This document shows positions 59,158-64,000 of a stretch of 64,000 bases of DNA, piece after piece. The notes under the pieces are model-generated. The model was not told the DNA's origin. It did not search any database and was given only the letters and a program-made list of their open reading frames with translations. The translations under genes and the position numbers were made by a program. Position 1 is the first letter of the stretch, and every line of letters begins with the position of its first letter. This DNA comes from an uncultured Prevotellaceae bacterium (GTDB taxonomy: Bacteria; Bacteroidota; Bacteroidia; Bacteroidales; Bacteroidaceae), in the NCBI GenBank assembly GCA_947169245.1, contig CAMVPA010000011.1, positions 4,241 to 68,240 on the forward strand, read 5' to 3'.

Positions 59158-60570
59158 ATGAAAAAGAATCAGACGAGTAAAAACAAATTGGCTGTAACCA
59201 ATCTCCCCTCCCGTGCGGGAGGGGCAGGGGGTGGGTTCCTCTGGTCAAAGGGCTTTGACATCAACAAGGAGATAGAGCGGTTCACCGTAGGCAGAGACCG
59301 CGAGATGGACCTCTATCTGGCTAAGTACGACGTGCTGGGCTCGATGGCCCACATCACCATGCTTGAGAGTATCGGGCTGATAGGCAAGGACGAACTGCCG
59401 GTGCTGCTCGCCGAACTGCGGCAGATCTACGCCCAGTGCGAGCGCGGCGAGTTCGTGATTGAGGACGACGTGGAGGATGTGCACTCGCAGGTGGAGCTGC
59501 TGCTGACGCGTAAACTCGGCGACATGGGAAAGAAGATTCACTCGGGGCGCAGTCGCAACGACCAGGTGCTGGTGGACCTGAAGCTCTTCACACGCCACGA
59601 GCTGATGGCCGTGGCCGACGAGGTGAAGACGCTCTTCGACGAGCTCATCAAGAAGTCGAACCAGTATAAGGACGTGCTGATGCCGGGCTATACCCACCTG
59701 CAGGTGGCCATGCCCTCGAGCTTCGGACTGTGGTTTGGCGCCTACGCCGAGTCGCTGGCCGACGACATGCTGTTCCTGCAGGCTGCCTACAAGATGACCA
59801 ACCGCAACCCCTTGGGCTCGGCGGCAGGCTACGGCAGCTCGTTCCCCCTGAACCGTCAGATGACCACCGACCTGCTGGGTTTCGACACGATGGACTACAA
59901 CGTGGTCTATGCCCAGATGGGGCGTGGCAAGACGGAGCGCAACGTGGGCTTCGCCATTGCCACCATAGCGGGGACGCTGGCCAAGATGGCCTTCGACGCC
60001 TGTTTGTTCAACTCGCAGAACTTCCAGTTTGTGAAGCTGCCGAAGGAGTGTACGACGGGCTCGAGCATCATGCCGCACAAGAAGAACCCCGACGTTTTCG
60101 AGCTGATACGTGCCAAGTGTAACAAGCTGCAGGCACTGCCCCAGCAGGTGACGCTCATCATGAACAACCTGCCCGTGGGCTACTTCCGCGACCTGCAGAT
60201 CATCAAGGAGGTGTTCCTGCCTGCCTTCGGCGAACTGAAGGACTGCTTGCAGATGGCTGCGTACATCATCAATAAGATAGAGGTGAACGACCACATTCTG
60301 GACAACCCGATGTATGACCCGATGTTCTCGGTCGAGGAGGTGAACCGCCTGGCCGCCAACGGCATGCCTTTCCGCGATGCCTACAAGAAGGTAGGCCTCG
60401 ACATTGAGGCAGGGCAGTTCGTGGCCAACAAGGACATTCACCACACCCACGAGGGCTCCATCGGCAACCTCTGTAACGACCGCATCGAGGCGCTGATGCA
60501 GGGTGTGCTCGACGGCTTTGCCTTTGAGCGTGTGAACGAGGCTGTGGGGAAGCTGGTGAGTGGTGAGTAG
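59158..60570 (+). CDS. argH: Argininosuccinate lyase
   Basis: EDVHS, IHSGRSRNDQ, MPGYTHLQ, TGSSIMPHKKNPD. Confidence 0.97.
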   Translation: MKKNQTSKNKLAVTNLPSRAGGAGGGFLWSKGFDINKEIERFTVGRDREMDLYLAKYDVLGSMAHITMLESIGLIGKDELPVLLAELRQIYAQCERGEFVIEDDVEDVHSQVELLLTRKLGDMGKKIHSGRSRNDQVLVDLKLFTRHELMAVADEVKTLFDELIKKSNQYKDVLMPGYTHLQVAMPSSFGLWFGAYAESLADDMLFLQAAYKMTNRNPLGSAAGYGSSFPLNRQMTTDLLGFDTMDYNVVYAQMGRGKTERNVGFAIATIAGTLAKMAFDACLFNSQNFQFVKLPKECTTGSSIMPHKKNPDVFELIRAKCNKLQALPQQVTLIMNNLPVGYFRDLQIIKEVFLPAFGELKDCLQMAAYIINKIEVNDHILDNPMYDPMFSVEEVNRLAANGMPFRDAYKKVGLDIEAGQFVANKDIHHTHEGSIGNLCNDRIEALMQGVLDGFAFERVNEAVGKLVSGE

Positions 60571-60610
60571 TAAGAGGTGAGAGGTAAGAGGTAAGTGGTG
60601 AGAGGTAAGG
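60555..60610. repeat. Heptamer tandem repeat (8 x GGTRAGN-like)
   Basis: ggtgagt ggtgagt agtaaga ggtgaga ggtaaga ggtaagt ggtgaga ggtaagg. Confidence 0.8.
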
Positions 60611-61155
60611 TTGTTGGACTATTGTTGGCACTGCTTTGTTGTGCCTGTGAGGGTGACTACCCATATAGTCGCCGCTACCCCTGCCACCTGATGCTGAAGT
60701 ACGACACCCATATGACGTGTCTGGCCTTTGCCGCCGTGCAGAGTCCGGGGATGTATGTCAGCATGACCACCAAGGGCGACGGCCACACGACGGTGCGCCA
60801 CGTCTACGTTACCGGCAACGAGAAAGGGGCGACTACGGAGGATGTGATTATCCGCAACGACGACGAGAACTACCGCACATTCCAGCTGGGACGCAGCAAC
60901 GACGTGGGACTCATCGTGGGCTGTACGAACTTCAACGGCCCTGTGGCCTACGACCGCAGCTGTCCTAACTGCGAGAGCCTGGAGACGCTCGACTTCGACG
61001 GCAACCGCCAGCAGGTGAGCTGTCAGCACTGCGGACGCCTGTATATGCTCGACACCGGCGGCATCATCAGTGGCGATGCCGGCGAAGCACTGCTGCCTTA
61101 CAGTTGCCAGTTCAACGGGACTTGGCTCGTGGTGACGAACGGCTTAAAACCTTAA
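60595..61155 (+). CDS. Hypothetical lipoprotein with Rieske-like Cys motifs
   Basis: Lipobox CCAC; AYDRSCPNC...VSCQHCGRLY. Confidence 0.7.
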   Translation: MVRGKVVGLLLALLCCACEGDYPYSRRYPCHLMLKYDTHMTCLAFAAVQSPGMYVSMTTKGDGHTTVRHVYVTGNEKGATTEDVIIRNDDENYRTFQLGRSNDVGLIVGCTNFNGPVAYDRSCPNCESLETLDFDGNRQQVSCQHCGRLYMLDTGGIISGDAGEALLPYSCQFNGTWLVVTNGLKP

Positions 61156-61218
61156 ATAGTGCAAAAAGCTTTGGCCGTTACGAGAAATAGCCGTACCTTT
61201 GCAGTTCGAAATGCACCT

Positions 61219-61306
61219 GCCGCGATGGTGGAATGGTAGACACGAGGGACTTAAAATCCCTTGACCAGTGATGGTTGTGCGGGTTCGAGTCCCGCTCGCG
61301 GCACCA
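61219..61306 (+). tRNA. tRNA-Leu(TAA)
   Basis: GCCGCGA/TCGCGGC acceptor, aggga-ct TAA aa-tccct, long variable arm, GGTTCGAGTCC, CCA. Confidence 0.96.
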
Positions 61307-61329
61307 AAAAATTCCTAAAAGTTATTCAC

Positions 61330-63009
61330 ATGCAGAAGAAACATCTTATTGTGTTGTCAGCTGCCGCTATGGTGCTTCTGGCAACCTCATGCTCGAAACT
61401 GAAGCCGCTTTCAGCAGACAACTTCAACGTCGTACCCAGTCCGCTGGAGACCCAGCAGGGTATCGTTCCCGCTACCATCAATGGTATGTTCCCTGAGAAA
61501 TATATGAAGAAGAAGGCTGTCGTGACCATCACGCCCGAGCTGCGCTATGCAGACGGTCAGGTGGCTCAGGGTCCGGCTGTCCGTTTCCAGGGTGAGAAGG
61601 TGATGGGCAACGACCAGGTCATCAGCTACCTCGTTGGTGGTCGCTACACGATGAAGTCGAACTTCGCCTACCTGAACTGCAACAAGGCCGACCTCTACCT
61701 GAAGTTCTTTGCCCGCATCGGCGCCAAGCCCATGTACATTCCCGAGGTGAAGGTGGCCGAGGGCATCGTCGCCACTTCAGAGCTGTATAAGAACACGCTG
61801 AAGTCGGCTCAGGCAGCCATCGCTCCCGACGTGTTCCAGCGCATCAACGCCCAGAAGCAGGAAGCCAGCGTGAAGTTCCTCATCCAGCAGGCAAACCTCC
61901 GCAAGAGCGAGCTGAAGAACAACTCCGTGCAGGAGTTCGTACGCCTGCTGCAGCAGATCAACAACGACCGCGAGAATCTGAACCTGAAGGACGTCGAGGT
62001 GTCGGCTTACGCTTCGCCTGATGGTGGTTTCGACCTGAACGACAAGCTGGCTGCACAGCGTCAGTATAACACGCAGCAGTACGTGCAGCAGCAGCTGAAG
62101 AACGCCAAGCTGGGCGATGCCGCCGTCGATGCCAAGTACACGGCTGAGGACTGGGATGGTTTCCAGGAACTGGTGAAGGCCAGCGACATCCAGGACAAGG
62201 ACGTCATCCTGCGCGTGCTCTCCATGTATAAGGATCCCCAGGAGCGCGAGCAGCAGATCAAGAACATCAGCAGCGCCTTCCGCGAGCTGGCTGACGGAAT
62301 CCTGCCTCAGCTGCGTCGTTCGCGTATGATCATCAACTACGAGACAGTAGGTCGTAGCGATTCGCAGATCCAGGAGCAGTATCGCCAGGATCCTGGCAAG
62401 CTGACCGTCGAGGAGCTGCTCTACGCTGCCACACTGACCGAGAACGCTGCCCAGAAGGAGAAGATTTACACCACGACTACCGAGGTCTATCCTTCGGATG
62501 CACGCGCCTTCAACAACCTGGCAACCATGGCCTTTGCTGAGGGTAACATGCTGAAGGCACAGCAGTGGATTGAGAAGGCCCAGAAGGTGAGCGCCAACCT
62601 GCCCGAGGCTTATGCTAACCTCGGCATGATTGCCCTGGCAAACGGCAATCTGGATACCGCTCAGGACTACATTGCCAAGGCAACCGGCGCCAACGGACTG
62701 GCTGAGGTGCTGGGCAACCTGCACCTGGCTCAGGGCAACTACGTACAGGCTGAGCAGGACTTCGAGAACGTCTACTCGAACAGTGCTGCCCTGGCACAGA
62801 TTATGAACAAGAACTACGCATCGGCTGCCGTGACGCTGAAGTACATCAAGTACCCCGACGCCACCACCGACTACCTGAAGGCCATCCTCTCGGCTCGCAT
62901 GGGTAACATTGCCGATGCCGCCGAGTCGCTGCGCGCCGCCGTCGCCAAGGATCCGTCGTATGCCAAGTATGCTGCTACGGACCTGGAACTGGCGAAAGTG
63001 GCCAAGTAA
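61330..63009 (+). CDS. Lipoprotein with OmpA-like domain and TPR repeats
   Basis: Lipobox ATSC; SAYASPDG...N.KLA..R, EDWDGF, ILPQLRRS; C-terminal TPRs. Confidence 0.85.
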   Translation: MQKKHLIVLSAAAMVLLATSCSKLKPLSADNFNVVPSPLETQQGIVPATINGMFPEKYMKKKAVVTITPELRYADGQVAQGPAVRFQGEKVMGNDQVISYLVGGRYTMKSNFAYLNCNKADLYLKFFARIGAKPMYIPEVKVAEGIVATSELYKNTLKSAQAAIAPDVFQRINAQKQEASVKFLIQQANLRKSELKNNSVQEFVRLLQQINNDRENLNLKDVEVSAYASPDGGFDLNDKLAAQRQYNTQQYVQQQLKNAKLGDAAVDAKYTAEDWDGFQELVKASDIQDKDVILRVLSMYKDPQEREQQIKNISSAFRELADGILPQLRRSRMIINYETVGRSDSQIQEQYRQDPGKLTVEELLYAATLTENAAQKEKIYTTTTEVYPSDARAFNNLATMAFAEGNMLKAQQWIEKAQKVSANLPEAYANLGMIALANGNLDTAQDYIAKATGANGLAEVLGNLHLAQGNYVQAEQDFENVYSNSAALAQIMNKNYASAAVTLKYIKYPDATTDYLKAILSARMGNIADAAESLRAAVAKDPSYAKYAATDLELAKVAK

Positions 63010-63012
63010 ACG

Positions 63013-64000
63013 ATGAAGAATCTCTACGGATTTTTACTGCTCACCCTGGTCGTAGTCTCCTGCGGCGCTCCCAGCGGATATTTCCGCTTGGAGGGACGTT
63101 TTAGGAACTTCAACCAGGGTGAGTTCTATCTATACAGTCTGGACGGACGCGGGCGGCTGGACACCATTCAGGTGAGGGAGGGACGCTTCTCCTACGAGGC
63201 GGCTGTCGACGACCAGTCGGCCTTCTCGCTCATCTTCCCTAACTATTCCGAGATTCCACTCTTCGCAGAGTCGGGCGCCACTGTCGACGTGCAGGGCGAC
63301 GCCTCACACCTGAAGGAGGTGAAGGTGGCCGGCACCAAGGAAAACAACCTGATGACGGAGTTCCGTCTGAAGGTGGCCGAGATGACACCGCCCCAGGCAC
63401 TGAAGGAGGCTGAGGCGTTCATCCGCAAGAATCCGACGACGGATGCCAGTCTCTATCTGCTGAAGAAGTACTTCCTGGCTAATTTCGACCCTGACTACAA
63501 GAAGGCCACCGACCTCTGCGTGACGATGCTGAAGAAGCAGCCTGACAATACAGAACTGCAGCAGCTGAGGAAGCAGTTGCAAGGTGTTAAGCGTCTGGCC
63601 GAGGGACAGCACCTCCCCACCTTCTCTGCCGTCGACGTGCGCGGACAGCGTGTGGGCAATGCCTCACTTCGTGGCGAGGCCAATGTCGTCAATGTGTGGT
63701 CGACATGGAACTACGACTCCGGCAACATGATGCGTCAGCTGCGCCGATTGAAGAAGGAGTACGGCTCGCGGCTGGGCGTGGTGAGCATCTGTGTCGATGC
63801 CAGTCAGCGCGACTGCCGCAGGCAGATGGACCGCGACTCCATTGACTGGAGCGTCGTCTGCGACGGACGCATGCTCGAGACCCCGGCCCTTGCTCAGCTC
63901 GGCATTGCCGACATACCTTTTAACCTGTTGGTCGACCGCTCAGGCAAGATCGTGGCCGTGAACCTTGGACAGACGCTATTGAAGGACAGAATCAAGAAAA
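63013..64000 (+). CDS. DUF4369 / thioredoxin-like (TlpA-type) lipoprotein; 3' truncated by window
   Basis: Read by hand: MKNLYGFLLLTLVVVSC...FRLEGRF...DTIQVREGRFSY...NVWSTWNYDS...IPFNLLVDRSGKIVAVNL. Confidence 0.8.
   Translation, partial: MKNLYGFLLLTLVVVSCGAPSGYFRLEGRFRNFNQGEFYLYSLDGRGRLDTIQVREGRFSYEAAVDDQSAFSLIFPNYSEIPLFAESGATVDVQGDASHLKEVKVAGTKENNLMTEFRLKVAEMTPPQALKEAEAFIRKNPTTDASLYLLKKYFLANFDPDYKKATDLCVTMLKKQPDNTELQQLRKQLQGVKRLAEGQHLPTFSAVDVRGQRVGNASLRGEANVVNVWSTWNYDSGNMMRQLRRLKKEYGSRLGVVSICVDASQRDCRRQMDRDSIDWSVVCDGRMLETPALAQLGIADIPFNLLVDRSGKIVAVNLGQTLLKDRIKK

Overview
Chromosomal window from a Bacteroidota organism, most likely Prevotella-like (TTTG-N~20-TAnnTTTG promoters, fused SecDF, Prevotella-type C-terminal sorting tails, smalltalk gene). 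1-17080 is a co-oriented cluster of very large envelope proteins: a CTD-tailed protein (5' truncated), an outer-membrane beta-barrel, a 2825-aa TANFOR-like giant, a multi-FN3 protein and two lipoproteins. tRNA-Gln is followed by a HipBA-like pair, a MITE-like element and an AAA/PD-(D/E)XK protein. The middle is mostly housekeeping: kduD, HU, rhomboid, secDF, GH51, tRNA-Arg, tatAC, GH97, a TPP-riboswitch thiamine uptake operon and comF. A ~16.6-kb integrase-free accessory block (41.1-57.7 kb) holds a Type IIG-like RM enzyme, VirE-family and M15 peptidase genes, a two-methyltransferase Type IIS-like RM system with controller, an FN3 surface protein and an HU-like/smalltalk pair. pyrE, argH and tRNA-Leu follow. 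A recurring theme is that several small palindromic and tandem repeat families sit in frame inside otherwise conserved genes, or duplicate promoter boxes. All family assignments come from motif recognition by eye; no searches were run.
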